Positions 9,270-19,365 of a stretch of DNA of 36,397 nucleotides are shown here, piece by piece (positions within the stretch are counted from its first letter, which is position 1; each line of letters begins with the position of its first letter). The translations under genes were made by a program, and so were the position numbers. The DNA lies in the UHGV virus genome UHGV-1376481, one strand, 5' to 3'. The stretch comes from a virus. The notes below the pieces were generated by a model. It did not search any database, was not told the DNA's origin, and was given only the letters and a program-made list of their open reading frames with translations.

Positions 9270-9483
9270 GATAGGAGGAATTACAGTGGTAAAAAAAGAT
9301 GAAACTAAAAAAGATGAAGTCGTGAAATATAGAGTAGGTAAAACTAAAAATTTTGTTGGGTTTGTTCATCCTAAAACTCGTAGATTTATCACAGCAGATT
9401 CAAATAACGAATTTATCATTTCTATAGATGATAAAGAAGCAATTGCAATTTTGGAAGATGCAATTGATGTTAATGAAATTTAG
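9268..9483 (+). CDS. hypothetical small head-associated protein
   Basis: 71-aa ORF after the capsid terminator. The start is uncertain (GTG 9286 after AGGAGG is plausible). Confidence 0.35.
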   Translation: MIGGITVVKKDETKKDEVVKYRVGKTKNFVGFVHPKTRRFITADSNNEFIISIDDKEAIAILEDAIDVNEI

Positions 9484-9494
9484 GAAGTGATCTG

Positions 9495-9836
9495 ATGGAT
9501 GAATCGCTAAAAACGGAAATCATTGAGTCTACAAAAGAAGATTTTCCAGATTTGAGTGAAGAACGCATAACTAATTTATTAGAAATAATTTTGCTAGAAA
9601 TTGAATCATACAACACTTGTAAAAATGATATTTCATGGGAAAAGTTAAAAAGCGTGATTAGTGAAGTGTTGTATAAAATAATAAAAAATGAATCAGAAAA
9701 AACAGTATCTTCAGTTAGACGTGGCGATACAACGATTAGTTATGCTTCAACAACAAATGATGTTAGTGAGTTACTTCTAGGCTATGGTGATTTGATACGA
9801 AGAGTTATTGGTTGTGGAGGATTGGAGTTTTTTTAA
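9495..9836 (+). CDS. head-tail connector (gp6-like / DNA packaging protein)
   Basis: 113-aa acidic protein in the connector position. Confidence 0.5.
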   Translation: MDESLKTEIIESTKEDFPDLSEERITNLLEIILLEIESYNTCKNDISWEKLKSVISEVLYKIIKNESEKTVSSVRRGDTTISYASTTNDVSELLLGYGDLIRRVIGCGGLEFF

Positions 9837-10207
9837 TGAATGAAGCAGATATTTTAGAAACTACTTATGAAGATAGTTGTATTATTGAAAGACTGACGGA
9901 CATTGAAGATTCTAATACAAATATTACTATTCAAGATTACAAAAAAGTATATGATAATCCTATTTCTTGCGCTCTTTCACAAGGTCAAATCGATGGACTA
10001 GCAGTCATAGAAGATGGAGAGATGGTAAATGTTTCAACTGACACATATAAATTATTTGTTCATCCTAAGATTAAACTAAAAAAAGGAGATCGAATAACAA
10101 TAACTCAAAAGGCCAGTGGCTTAATTTTTTCTCTATTTGCTACTAAGCCTTTTTACTATCCTAGTCATTGTGAAGTGAATTTGATAGGAAGTGAGAAAAA
10201 TGGGTAA
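9812..10207 (+). CDS. head closure / head-tail adaptor protein
   Basis: 131 aa, next in the connector series. Confidence 0.4.
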   Translation: MWRIGVFLMNEADILETTYEDSCIIERLTDIEDSNTNITIQDYKKVYDNPISCALSQGQIDGLAVIEDGEMVNVSTDTYKLFVHPKIKLKKGDRITITQKASGLIFSLFATKPFYYPSHCEVNLIGSEKNG

Positions 10208-10595
10208 TCTCAAATATGAATCAAATGCAGAAAAGATCATTGAGAATTTTAAAAATATGACTGTAATTGCTCAAAAAGAAGGAATATCCTTCGTTAACGA
10301 TTCAATGAATAAAGTCGTTAGTTTAGCTAAACCATTAACTCCTGTAAAATCAGGTAATTTAAGGCGAGGATATCGTGTAGTAAAAGCTAGAAAACTATCA
10401 AGCGGTCGAATTGTTGGAGCAGTTATAAACAATGAACATTATTTTAAATATGTAGAAGAAGGTCATAGGACTAAAAATGGTGGCTTTGTCAAAGGGAAAT
10501 TCATGTTAACTCGTGCAACGAATCTTGCAAATATGTCTTATATTCCTCGAAGATTTAAACAAATGGCAATAAAAATCGTTAAGAAAGGAAAGTAA
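10191..10595 (+). CDS. HK97 gp10-like tail-component protein
   Basis: 134 aa. The N-terminus and its position match the HK97 gp10 family. Confidence 0.45.
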   Translation: MRKMGNLKYESNAEKIIENFKNMTVIAQKEGISFVNDSMNKVVSLAKPLTPVKSGNLRRGYRVVKARKLSSGRIVGAVINNEHYFKYVEEGHRTKNGGFVKGKFMLTRATNLANMSYIPRRFKQMAIKIVKKGK

Positions 10596-10596
10596 C

Positions 10597-10974
10597 ATGA
10601 AAGATGAAATCATTGCTGCAATCAGTAGCAAATTAAAAGAAATCTATCCTGATGGGACAATATATCTTGATTCAGTTATGCAGTCAACTAAAGATTTTTA
10701 TTTCGTTTTATCAGTAATGGAATCTGGAACTGAAAATGTAGGAATTGATATTCAAAATGTTTCTTTCTTAATTGATATTGCATTGATTGATAATAAACCT
10801 AATAGAAATTTAATTAATGAATTAGTCTCACGTTGTGGGACTTTTTTTAATACGATTACAATCGATGAGCAAATATTATTTCCAAAAGCCTATTTACCTG
10901 ATGAAGCAGATGGTGTTCAACATATTCGTTTTACATTAGAATTTCCACAATATATTGAATGGAGTGAAAGATAA
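10597..10974 (+). CDS. tail completion protein
   Basis: 125 aa between the gp10-like and major tail genes. Confidence 0.4.
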   Translation: MKDEIIAAISSKLKEIYPDGTIYLDSVMQSTKDFYFVLSVMESGTENVGIDIQNVSFLIDIALIDNKPNRNLINELVSRCGTFFNTITIDEQILFPKAYLPDEADGVQHIRFTLEFPQYIEWSER

Positions 10975-11583
10975 ATGGGAGAAAAAAGAAGTAAAACCGG
11001 AATTATTTCTGTCGAAAAACCTACTTGGTTTCCTTTGGAAGATGAGACAGGGAATTTTCCGGTATATGGTACTGCGTTGCCAATGGGAACAGCAGTAAGT
11101 ATCAAACCAACAGCTAATTATGAAACAACACAAGATTATGGGGATTCAGTGGTTCAAGATCAATTTACAGCTTTTGGTGGTGCAGAAGTTGAACTGGAAG
11201 CAAATGGATATACTCATAAAGTTTTATCTACAATTACTGGAGGGAAAATTGTTAAAGGTGGTGCCTTGCGTTCTGGAGAAGATATTGCGCAAGATGGTGC
11301 GTTTGCATATAGACGTAAAAAATCGAATGGGAAATACCGTTATACGGTCTTTTATAAAGGACAGTTTGCTCTAGATTCAGATGAAACATCAACGATTGAA
11401 GGAAGTAAAGTAAGTTTTACTCATCCAACTTGGAAGGGTTCATTTGTAGATGTACCAGGACTTGGATATATGTATTCAGTTGATGAAGATGATGAAGGCG
11501 TGGATAAAGCAATGATCGGAAATTGGTTTACAAAAGTAGCAATTCCAATTGAAGAAGCAGAACTTTCAGGAGGTACAGAATAA
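10975..11583 (+). CDS. major tail protein
   Basis: 202 aa immediately upstream of the chaperone/tape-measure pair. Confidence 0.65.
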   Translation: MGEKRSKTGIISVEKPTWFPLEDETGNFPVYGTALPMGTAVSIKPTANYETTQDYGDSVVQDQFTAFGGAEVELEANGYTHKVLSTITGGKIVKGGALRSGEDIAQDGAFAYRRKKSNGKYRYTVFYKGQFALDSDETSTIEGSKVSFTHPTWKGSFVDVPGLGYMYSVDEDDEGVDKAMIGNWFTKVAIPIEEAELSGGTE

Positions 11584-11924
11584 TGTCAAAATATCAAACA
11601 ACGATTAAATTAACGAAAAAAGATGAAGAAGGTAAATATGAGCAAGTACAATTTAAATCTGCTGAATTTTTACCAGGAACAGTTGTAGAAGATGCTGCAG
11701 GAGTTATGGAAGAAATGCAAACAGCGACTGATAAACAATCAGTTAAAAAAGCTTTAAGTCGTGCTTATTCATTTATTGCAGATACTTTATTTGAGGGACA
11801 ATTTACTGGTGAAGATTATTGCAAAGGAATTGATGCTCGTGAGATTGCCTCATTGACAGGAAAATTATTGAAGTCTGTTACTGCAGGTTTTGATGAAACT
11901 TATACAGAGACGAAAAAAAAGTAA
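11583..11924 (+). CDS. tail assembly chaperone (gpG-like)
   Basis: 113 aa, acidic. Ends in the slippery A-run A_AAA_AAG then TAA. Confidence 0.6.
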   Translation: MSKYQTTIKLTKKDEEGKYEQVQFKSAEFLPGTVVEDAAGVMEEMQTATDKQSVKKALSRAYSFIADTLFEGQFTGEDYCKGIDAREIASLTGKLLKSVTAGFDETYTETKKK

Positions 11925-12127
11925 GTGAGGCGCTCAAGTCACCTTCATTTAAGTATTCGATTACTTACCGAGAATTAGATATAAAGACGCAATTACTCGA
12001 AGCAGGTTGGACGTTACCAGAAATTGAACGTACTGACTTGGATGAGTTAATGCGTCTTTTTGCTTTTAGAGATGCGGTAAAAGAGCATGAAGATGTTGAG
12101 TACTATGATAATTTCACTCAATTTTAG
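11912..12127 (+). CDS. -1 frameshift extension of the tail chaperone (gpGT-like product, ORF continues to TAG 12125-12127)
   Basis: Heptamer A11915-AAA-AAG11921 in the zero frame. The -1 frame stays open for 71 codons across the otherwise empty 11925-12127 gap. Confidence 0.5.
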   Translation, partial: EKKVSEALKSPSFKYSITYRELDIKTQLLEAGWTLPEIERTDLDELMRLFAFRDAVKEHEDVEYYDNFTQF

Positions 12128-12138
12128 GAGGTGATACT

Positions 12139-14955
12139 TTGAATAACGATGACCTAATTCTGAAGATGATACTAGATGAATCTGGTTTTACTGCCGGTAT
12201 GAATAATGCTGTCAAAAAGTTGAACTCTTTTGATGAAACAATCGAAAGAAAAAGTAGAAATAGTGGCAGTTCATTAGGTAGTATTTGGAAAATATTTGCT
12301 GGAAGTTTTCTAGCTAGCGGAGTAACTAGAATCGTAGGAGCTGGCTTTGATCTAATCAAGGGTTCCATAAGTGGAGCGGTTGATCGAGTAGATACGATGA
12401 ATAACGCTCTACGAAATTTCCAAAATATGGGATTTAGTAATTCAGAAATTATGAAGAATATCGGAAAGAATGGGCTTTTATCTCAAGGTATTCAAGGACT
12501 TCCTACTGCTTTGAATGATGCGATAAGTCATGTTCAACTTCTTGCTTCTTCTACAGGTGATTTAACTCGTTCAACTCAAATATTTAAAGCTTTAAATGAT
12601 GGAATTCTTGGTTTCGGTGGTTCAACTGATCAAGTTAATGAAGCTGTTATTCAATTATCTCAAAGTTTCTCAAACGGAAAAGTAGACGCACAAACTTGGA
12701 ACTCAATGATCAACGCTCAACTTGGACCTACTCTTTCTGCTATTGCTAAAAAGATGGGAATTACAATGGGAGATCTGAAAGAAGGTTTGTCTCAAGGTAA
12801 GATTTCTGTTGAAGAATTCCAAAATCAATTAATAGAAATGGATACCAAAGGTGGCGGAGGACTTAAATCATTAAGTCAAATCGCTAAAGATTCTACTAAG
12901 GGAATTAAAACCTCTATACAAAATGCAAAAACAGCTGTTACACGTGGTGTTGGTGAGGTAATAGAAGGATTAAATAAAGCATTAGTAGATTCAGATTTAG
13001 GTGGATTTAAGGGAATTATTGATAAAGTGGGCAGTTCAATGGAATCGTTCTTAAAAGTAATTGCTGCAAATATTCCTACAGCAGTATCATTTTTAAGTAA
13101 TTTATTTAACGAAATTCAAAAATTTGGTTCTGCTTTGAAATTCATGATGCCCTTTCTTGTTCCTGCAGCTACCGCTTTTGGAGCGTTCATGTTTCAACTT
13201 AAAGGTATACCAGCAATAATAAAAAGCTTCAATAATTTTAAGAATGCCATAATTGGCGTTGGAAATTCATTAAAGATTATGGGGGCAATAGCTGCTGCTA
13301 ATTCATTTGTTTTAATTATTGGTGCAGTCGTTGGTGCAATAGCTGTTTTCGGTTACTTTATGGCAACCAATGAAGAGTTTAGAAACAAGGTTATATCTAT
13401 TTGGAATGATGTGAAAGATTCCGTAATTGGTGTATTAAAAAATATAAAGGACTGGGGAATTGATACTTGGAATTCTGCTAAAGAAATGGCATCAAATGCA
13501 GTTGAGGGTGTCAAAGATGCTTGGTCAGGAACAAAGGAATGGTTTTCTAACACCTGGAAAGGTATTAAGGATGGGGCCACAGGTTTATTTGATAAAACAG
13601 TAGAGACTTCAAGAAATGCAGTCGATAGTGTAAAAAATGCATGGTCTAATATGAAGAAATGGTTTTCTGATACTTGGCAAAGTATAAAAGATTCAGCCAG
13701 AGAAAAATGGAATGAAATTAAAGGTTCTATTATGTCGGTTGCTGGTCCATTGATTACAGGTATAAAGAATGCATTTTTACATGTTACTTTTTATCTAGAG
13801 ACCTTATGGAATAATTTAGTTGAGATTGGTAAAAACGTCTTTGAGATTTTAAAAAATGTTATACTTGCGCCGGTTTTGTTTATTACCTCCATGATTTCTG
13901 GTGGATGGGAAGAAACAAAAAATAATATGATTGCTGTTTGGAATAATATTAAAGAAAGTGCCATAAATATTTGGGAATCTATAAAGAATATATTTGTAAG
14001 TTATTTTACAAATATTTATTTTGCTGCACTCAATATTTGGACAGGGTTCAAGCTTACATTGATAAATATTTGGAATGAAGTGGTAAATCAAGCTAAATCG
14101 ATTTGGTTAAACATAAAGTATTTTTTTATTAATCTTTGGATTGATATAAAATATTTTGCAATTCAGAAATGGATTGAATTGAAGTTTTCTATTATTCAAA
14201 CTTGGATCGATTTAAAATATAATGCCATTACTACTTGGAATAATATTAAACAGTTTTTCAAAGATACTTGGAAAAATATTAAAGATACGGCATACAATAC
14301 GTGGATTTCTATAAAAAATACCATGATTAATACATGGAATAACATTAAGGACTCTTTCTGGAATATTGTTACTGGAATTGTTAATTCTGCTGAAAATGCA
14401 TGGACAAATCTAAAAAATGGTGTTTCAAATGCTATTAATCGGGTAAAAGAAATCTTTAATTCGTTAAGGGAAGTCAATTTATTTGAAATTGGCAAGAACA
14501 TCATTGATGGACTTATAAATGGTGTAAAAGAAAAGTGGAATGCTTTGAAAGATACTATCAAAGGTATTGCAGGTAATATCAAAAATTGGATTAAAGGAGC
14601 TTTAGATATTCATTCTCCATCAAGATGGATGCGTGATATGGTTGGTAAAAATATTGTTCAAGGTATTATCGTTGGTATTGATAAAGAGCAAAGTAAGTTA
14701 GATCAAACCATGACAAATTTAGTAAAAACACCGTCTGTTCAACCTGTAGTAAATGGAATAAGTCACCTACCAATTACACAAACAAAGCAAAATATATCTG
14801 CTAGTGAAACAAAAGAAATTCATTTACATTTAAATGTTTATGGAGATTTACCTGATTCAATGGTTCGGAAGATTACCACAAAAATTAAAACAGAATTGAC
14901 AAGACAAATGAAACGAGATGCTGGTGCAGTAGGAGGAACATTATATGCAACTTAA
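12139..14955 (+). CDS. tail tape measure protein
   Basis: 938 aa (TTG start, AGGAGGTG SD). Hydrophobic central segment and a long Trp-containing tandem-repeat region (W..IK.. about 11-aa periodicity). Confidence 0.85.
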   Translation: MNNDDLILKMILDESGFTAGMNNAVKKLNSFDETIERKSRNSGSSLGSIWKIFAGSFLASGVTRIVGAGFDLIKGSISGAVDRVDTMNNALRNFQNMGFSNSEIMKNIGKNGLLSQGIQGLPTALNDAISHVQLLASSTGDLTRSTQIFKALNDGILGFGGSTDQVNEAVIQLSQSFSNGKVDAQTWNSMINAQLGPTLSAIAKKMGITMGDLKEGLSQGKISVEEFQNQLIEMDTKGGGGLKSLSQIAKDSTKGIKTSIQNAKTAVTRGVGEVIEGLNKALVDSDLGGFKGIIDKVGSSMESFLKVIAANIPTAVSFLSNLFNEIQKFGSALKFMMPFLVPAATAFGAFMFQLKGIPAIIKSFNNFKNAIIGVGNSLKIMGAIAAANSFVLIIGAVVGAIAVFGYFMATNEEFRNKVISIWNDVKDSVIGVLKNIKDWGIDTWNSAKEMASNAVEGVKDAWSGTKEWFSNTWKGIKDGATGLFDKTVETSRNAVDSVKNAWSNMKKWFSDTWQSIKDSAREKWNEIKGSIMSVAGPLITGIKNAFLHVTFYLETLWNNLVEIGKNVFEILKNVILAPVLFITSMISGGWEETKNNMIAVWNNIKESAINIWESIKNIFVSYFTNIYFAALNIWTGFKLTLINIWNEVVNQAKSIWLNIKYFFINLWIDIKYFAIQKWIELKFSIIQTWIDLKYNAITTWNNIKQFFKDTWKNIKDTAYNTWISIKNTMINTWNNIKDSFWNIVTGIVNSAENAWTNLKNGVSNAINRVKEIFNSLREVNLFEIGKNIIDGLINGVKEKWNALKDTIKGIAGNIKNWIKGALDIHSPSRWMRDMVGKNIVQGIIVGIDKEQSKLDQTMTNLVKTPSVQPVVNGISHLPITQTKQNISASETKEIHLHLNVYGDLPDSMVRKITTKIKTELTRQMKRDAGAVGGTLYAT

Positions 14956-15685
14956 GAGAGGACAATTTTTTATTAATCAACATTATTCTTCTGAATTTAA
15001 TGTGTATATTCAAAACAGGCCTGCTTCTGTTTCAGCTAGTCGAGTAATTGAATTGAGAGAGCGAGAAGGAAATGATTCTATCATTATTGATAAAGGCTAT
15101 TACAGAAATGTGACTAGAAAGATTGAGTGTTACTATAAAGCACCTTCAATTGATGTGGTGCAGGAGTGGGAAGATCGAATCACTGAATGGTTAGATATGT
15201 CGTCTTATAGTGATTTTATTCTTTACTATGATGAACAATATATTTATCAAGCTGTAGTAATAGAAGGACCTGAATTTAAAGGAACAAGAAAAACAGGAAA
15301 TATTGTCCCTTTTGAATTTACAGTGAGCATTCGACCATTTAAGGAAAATTACAATGGTAGATTTACTATTCGACAAACAGAAACTTTTGAAATTTATAAC
15401 CCAGAGAAGTATTCTTCAAAACCGCTTATTAAATTGAGTGGTTCTGGAGATGCTTCTTTTTATATTAATAAGGACAAATATGATTTGAAATCGTTGGACA
15501 GAGAATTATTTATAGATTCTAAATTAGAAGAGGCTTACCGAAAATTAGATGGTAATTTAGAACATCAGGATCAAGTCACTTTATTTTTAGATTTTCCATT
15601 TTTATATCCTGGAAAAAATGAAATTAAATGGACGAAAAATATTCATTCATTTGAAATAATGCCTAGGTGGTGGAGAAAAGTATGA
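14945..15685 (+). CDS. distal tail protein (Dit)
   Basis: 246 aa immediately after the tape measure. Confidence 0.6.
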   Translation: MQLKRGQFFINQHYSSEFNVYIQNRPASVSASRVIELREREGNDSIIIDKGYYRNVTRKIECYYKAPSIDVVQEWEDRITEWLDMSSYSDFILYYDEQYIYQAVVIEGPEFKGTRKTGNIVPFEFTVSIRPFKENYNGRFTIRQTETFEIYNPEKYSSKPLIKLSGSGDASFYINKDKYDLKSLDRELFIDSKLEEAYRKLDGNLEHQDQVTLFLDFPFLYPGKNEIKWTKNIHSFEIMPRWWRKV

Positions 15686-18444
15686 AACCAAGAATATATA
15701 GTCCTACTGAAACAGATTTCTCAACGAATGGCTTAGGAATTTTAAAGGATTGTACAAGATGTGAAATATATGAAGTAGCTAATGGAAAATATGAATTAGA
15801 GTTGGATTATCCTTTAGGAACTAGATTTGATGAATATTTTGAAAATGACTATCAAATAAAAGCAAAGCCAAACGATCAAGAAGAGTATCATATCTTTTTT
15901 ATTGATGATAAAGATATAGATACTTTTTTAAATACAGTAACTATTTATGCTCAGAGTCGTACAAATCGACTTGGAAGACGGGTAGTCACTCTTGCGGAAG
16001 TAGACTCTAAAACTGGTCAAGAAGCGATATCAATTATTGAAACCAAAATGGATAAAAAATCTGACATACGACTTTATTCTGATATTACGGCCGTTTCTAG
16101 CACAATCTTTGAAGCGAGAAATGTTTTAAATTGTATTGCTGGTGAACAAGGATCATTGCTTCAATATTGGGGTGGAGAAATTAAACGTGAACCATTTAAG
16201 CTTTCTTTGTTAAAGCGAAGAGGTCGCAATAATGTTGGAACGATTCGGTATGGAAAAGATATGTCTGGTTTAAAGGTCAAATTAGATTGGACAGGTATAA
16301 AAACAAGACTTATTCCATATGCTGATCCTCAAAGTGAGGTAGGTACGACTAATCGAATTTATGGTTCGCCAGTAGATAGTGCCTATATTAATAACTATCC
16401 TGATGTGTATACAGAGCATGTTCAGTTTACAGAAGAACAAGGAGTAAAAGACATTAAGAGCTTAAATAAAATAGCTAAAAATTACTTTAAAACGATCAAT
16501 CCTGGCTGTGATAAGCCTAAAGTTTCTATTACGGTTGAATTTGATAAGTTGACTGATAGTGAAGAAGCGAAAGAATTTGCGAAGATTAGAAATTATGGTC
16601 TGTTTGATACATTTAAAATATATCATAAAAAATATAATATTTATCTTGAATCAAAGGTTAGTGGACTACAATACGATTCTTTATCTGAAAAAACTTTGAA
16701 ATTAGAAGCAGGAGACATTCAAGTTGCTTTTTATCAGCAACAAGCTGTAACTATTCAGGATAAATTAAAAGATTATGCAACGAATAATTATATGAGTGAT
16801 TTTAATGATTATGTTTCTTCAATGATTACAGGTCAAGGCAGTGCAGGAGGATATGTAAGTTTATGGCCAAAAGAAAAACCTTCCAACATCTTTATTATGG
16901 ATAATCCAGATTTAGAAAAGGCAAGAGAAGTACTAAGAATGAATAAAAATGGGATTGCTTTTTCTAAGAAAGGATGGCGGGGGCCTTTTACTTCAGCTTG
17001 GACATTAGATAGTATATTTAATGCCAATTTTATACAAACTGGATTAATCAAAGCAGATATCTTTCAAAATTCTTTTAACAAGACTGGAGATGTATTGAAA
17101 TTAGTTAATGGACTACTCCAAATTTGGAACAACAAAAAGAAAATAATGGAGTTAACTAAAAAAGGAATGGAATTTTGGAATTCTAAGGGTTCAATTGGAA
17201 CGATTGGAACAACTGATTCTGCTGGTAATCCTTTTCCTGGGGCTTCTACTCCAACCCCTATTGAAGATAATTCTTTAGTTATTCGTACAAATGGAGACGG
17301 CAAATATATTTTGATTTCTCCTAAAGTAGGAAAAGGATTAGTTTTATTAGGAAATGGTAAAGCAATTTATTTTGGAGACTTAGATGTACAAGGAAAACTT
17401 ACAGTTAAAGGAAAAGAAATAATTCCTGGACAAGGTGGTGGTCCATCGGGAGGTGGAGAATCTACTGGTGGGTATCCTAGTGAATTAAAAACAGATGCAG
17501 AAAAGAGAGCTTGGAGAATTTACGATATTTTGTGTAATAACGGATTTACGAAACAATCTGCATGTGGAATATTGGGGAACATTCAACAAGAAACAGGAGG
17601 AACTTTTGATCCTGATACTGTTCAAATAGGTGGACCAGCATACGGATTAGTTCAGTGGGATGGTTCTTCATATCCTCTTGTTGGTCCAGCAACATGGGAT
17701 GGAAAAGTTTATGTTCAAAACTTATTTAATGCTGCAGGTATTAAAGAACCAATAACGAGCTTAGATGCACAAGTTCGATTGCTTATTTGGACATTTACAA
17801 ATGGACAATGGATGGGCGTAGTACAACCTACGACGGTTGATGGATTTAAGGCCTGTACTGATCCAAGACAAGCAGCATATGCTTTTGAACGAAACTATGA
17901 ACGTCCGGCAGCGACACATCCTGAACGTCAAGATTATGCAGTTAACTGGTATAACAAATTTAAAGATTTAAAACCAGGAGGAGCTACTGGAGAAGCAGGA
18001 CTAAAACATTTAGAGTCTTTGATTGGACAACGAATTGGCAATGGTCAGTGTTATGGCTTGTCTGCAGAATATTCAGGATATCTGGGTGGTTGTGGCATGG
18101 GTGCTGGAACAAAATATGGTTTAACTCATGTGATAGGAAATACTTCTGCAGCATCTGATATTGGTATTGCCTATGATTGGTCTGCTGTTGGTTGGAAAGT
18201 GATTCAAAACCCTAGATATGATCAATTAGTAGTTGGTGCAATTATTAATTGGGCAAGAGGTGGACAAGTGGGTTCATGGTTTGCAGACGGAACTTATGGA
18301 CATACTGGCGTTATCCGAGGCTTAGCTAATGGTCGTATGCAAACTTATGAACAAAACACAGAGTTAGGTATGATTTGTGGAAAGTTAGATCGCCAGTATT
18401 ATAGTGCAAGTGCAATTTCTTCCATTGTCATACCACCAAAATAG
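15667..18444 (+). CDS. tail-associated lysin (Tal): prophage-tail endopeptidase N-domain plus C-terminal lysozyme-like and CHAP-like domains
   Basis: 925 aa. A Gly-rich linker leads into a C-terminal region with ACGILGNIQQETGG (tail-lysozyme-like) and a Cys...His pair (NGQCYGLS ... GHTGVIRG), as in CHAP. Confidence 0.65.
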   Translation: MVEKSMKPRIYSPTETDFSTNGLGILKDCTRCEIYEVANGKYELELDYPLGTRFDEYFENDYQIKAKPNDQEEYHIFFIDDKDIDTFLNTVTIYAQSRTNRLGRRVVTLAEVDSKTGQEAISIIETKMDKKSDIRLYSDITAVSSTIFEARNVLNCIAGEQGSLLQYWGGEIKREPFKLSLLKRRGRNNVGTIRYGKDMSGLKVKLDWTGIKTRLIPYADPQSEVGTTNRIYGSPVDSAYINNYPDVYTEHVQFTEEQGVKDIKSLNKIAKNYFKTINPGCDKPKVSITVEFDKLTDSEEAKEFAKIRNYGLFDTFKIYHKKYNIYLESKVSGLQYDSLSEKTLKLEAGDIQVAFYQQQAVTIQDKLKDYATNNYMSDFNDYVSSMITGQGSAGGYVSLWPKEKPSNIFIMDNPDLEKAREVLRMNKNGIAFSKKGWRGPFTSAWTLDSIFNANFIQTGLIKADIFQNSFNKTGDVLKLVNGLLQIWNNKKKIMELTKKGMEFWNSKGSIGTIGTTDSAGNPFPGASTPTPIEDNSLVIRTNGDGKYILISPKVGKGLVLLGNGKAIYFGDLDVQGKLTVKGKEIIPGQGGGPSGGGESTGGYPSELKTDAEKRAWRIYDILCNNGFTKQSACGILGNIQQETGGTFDPDTVQIGGPAYGLVQWDGSSYPLVGPATWDGKVYVQNLFNAAGIKEPITSLDAQVRLLIWTFTNGQWMGVVQPTTVDGFKACTDPRQAAYAFERNYERPAATHPERQDYAVNWYNKFKDLKPGGATGEAGLKHLESLIGQRIGNGQCYGLSAEYSGYLGGCGMGAGTKYGLTHVIGNTSAASDIGIAYDWSAVGWKVIQNPRYDQLVVGAIINWARGGQVGSWFADGTYGHTGVIRGLANGRMQTYEQNTELGMICGKLDRQYYSASAISSIVIPPK

Positions 18445-18456
18445 GGAGGTGATTTA

Positions 18457-19365
18457 ATGGCAAAGTGGAATGTCATATTAAGTACAACAGAACCCTATAA
18501 TTACGTGGGGATGATTCAAGTTCGACAAGGCAATAAAAACACTGAAGTTATGGAAGCTACAATTGTCGAAAATGGTCTTCCATATGATTTATCAGAATGT
18601 AAGGTATATTTTGAATCAGTTGTTGGCGGAAAATATCCAGTCCAATTAGAAACAAGAATTGTGGATGCTAAAAAAGGGAAAATCAAATATATTTTTGATA
18701 AATATTCCATGCAGTGTTTGCATCGACAAACAGCCAATTTCATTATATTTAAAGGAGAAGACTTGATTGGAACAACTCAAGACTTCTCCTATTTTGTCAT
18801 CAATGCTGTTTCAAAAACAGAAGGAGAAATGGGTTCTTATTGGCAATCAATTGAAGATTTAATTGCTGATATGACAGATTTTATTAATGAAAATAAAGGC
18901 GATTTTACGGACTGGATGAATGAAAGGAAAGAAGAATTTGATCGCTGGAGAGAAGAACAGGAGAATAGTTTCCAAGATTGGAGAGAAGGACAAGAATCAG
19001 ATTATTTGTCATGGTTTGAATCAATCAAGGATATTTTGAAGTCTATCGATCCAGGTGGAGTAATGTTAGCCGAATTAATGGATGCACGTGTAGATCTTCA
19101 AGGTGTACGCCATGAATCGATTTCTGAACGTTTCCTATCCGATCTAAATTATTTGTATCAAAAAATGAAAGCAGCACTTTTCACGATTGAATACGGTGAA
19201 ATTGAAGTGACTGATATTCTTCAAGACGATCTCTTTTCAGATAATCACGAAGTCGAAAAAGTTGGAACTGTAGAATTCCCGATTGAAGAAGGAGCCTTGA
19301 TCATCGCAACCGTTGATGATCCAAAGCAAAATGTGTTCACTCTTGAGAAAGTCGGGGTGATCTAA
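18457..19365 (+). CDS. BppU-like baseplate upper protein
   Basis: 302 aa. The N-terminus (MAKWNVILSTTEPYNYVG...) and position after Tal fit the family. Ends ...LEKVGVI*. Confidence 0.45.
   Translation: MAKWNVILSTTEPYNYVGMIQVRQGNKNTEVMEATIVENGLPYDLSECKVYFESVVGGKYPVQLETRIVDAKKGKIKYIFDKYSMQCLHRQTANFIIFKGEDLIGTTQDFSYFVINAVSKTEGEMGSYWQSIEDLIADMTDFINENKGDFTDWMNERKEEFDRWREEQENSFQDWREGQESDYLSWFESIKDILKSIDPGGVMLAELMDARVDLQGVRHESISERFLSDLNYLYQKMKAALFTIEYGEIEVTDILQDDLFSDNHEVEKVGTVEFPIEEGALIIATVDDPKQNVFTLEKVGVI

Noticed and set aside
13353-14582. Minus-strand ORFs inside the tape measure gene (13353-13580, 13849-14091, 14196-14582), and the TMP repeat region considered as a possible CRISPR array
   Set aside because: They are antisense to a 938-aa ORF with clear TMP features. 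The repeats are in-frame coding repeats with no spacer/repeat regularity, so this is not CRISPR.
16833-18743. Minus-strand ORFs within Tal and the BppU-like gene (16833-17051, 17064-17303, 18516-18743)
   Set aside because: They are antisense to long, well-supported structural genes.
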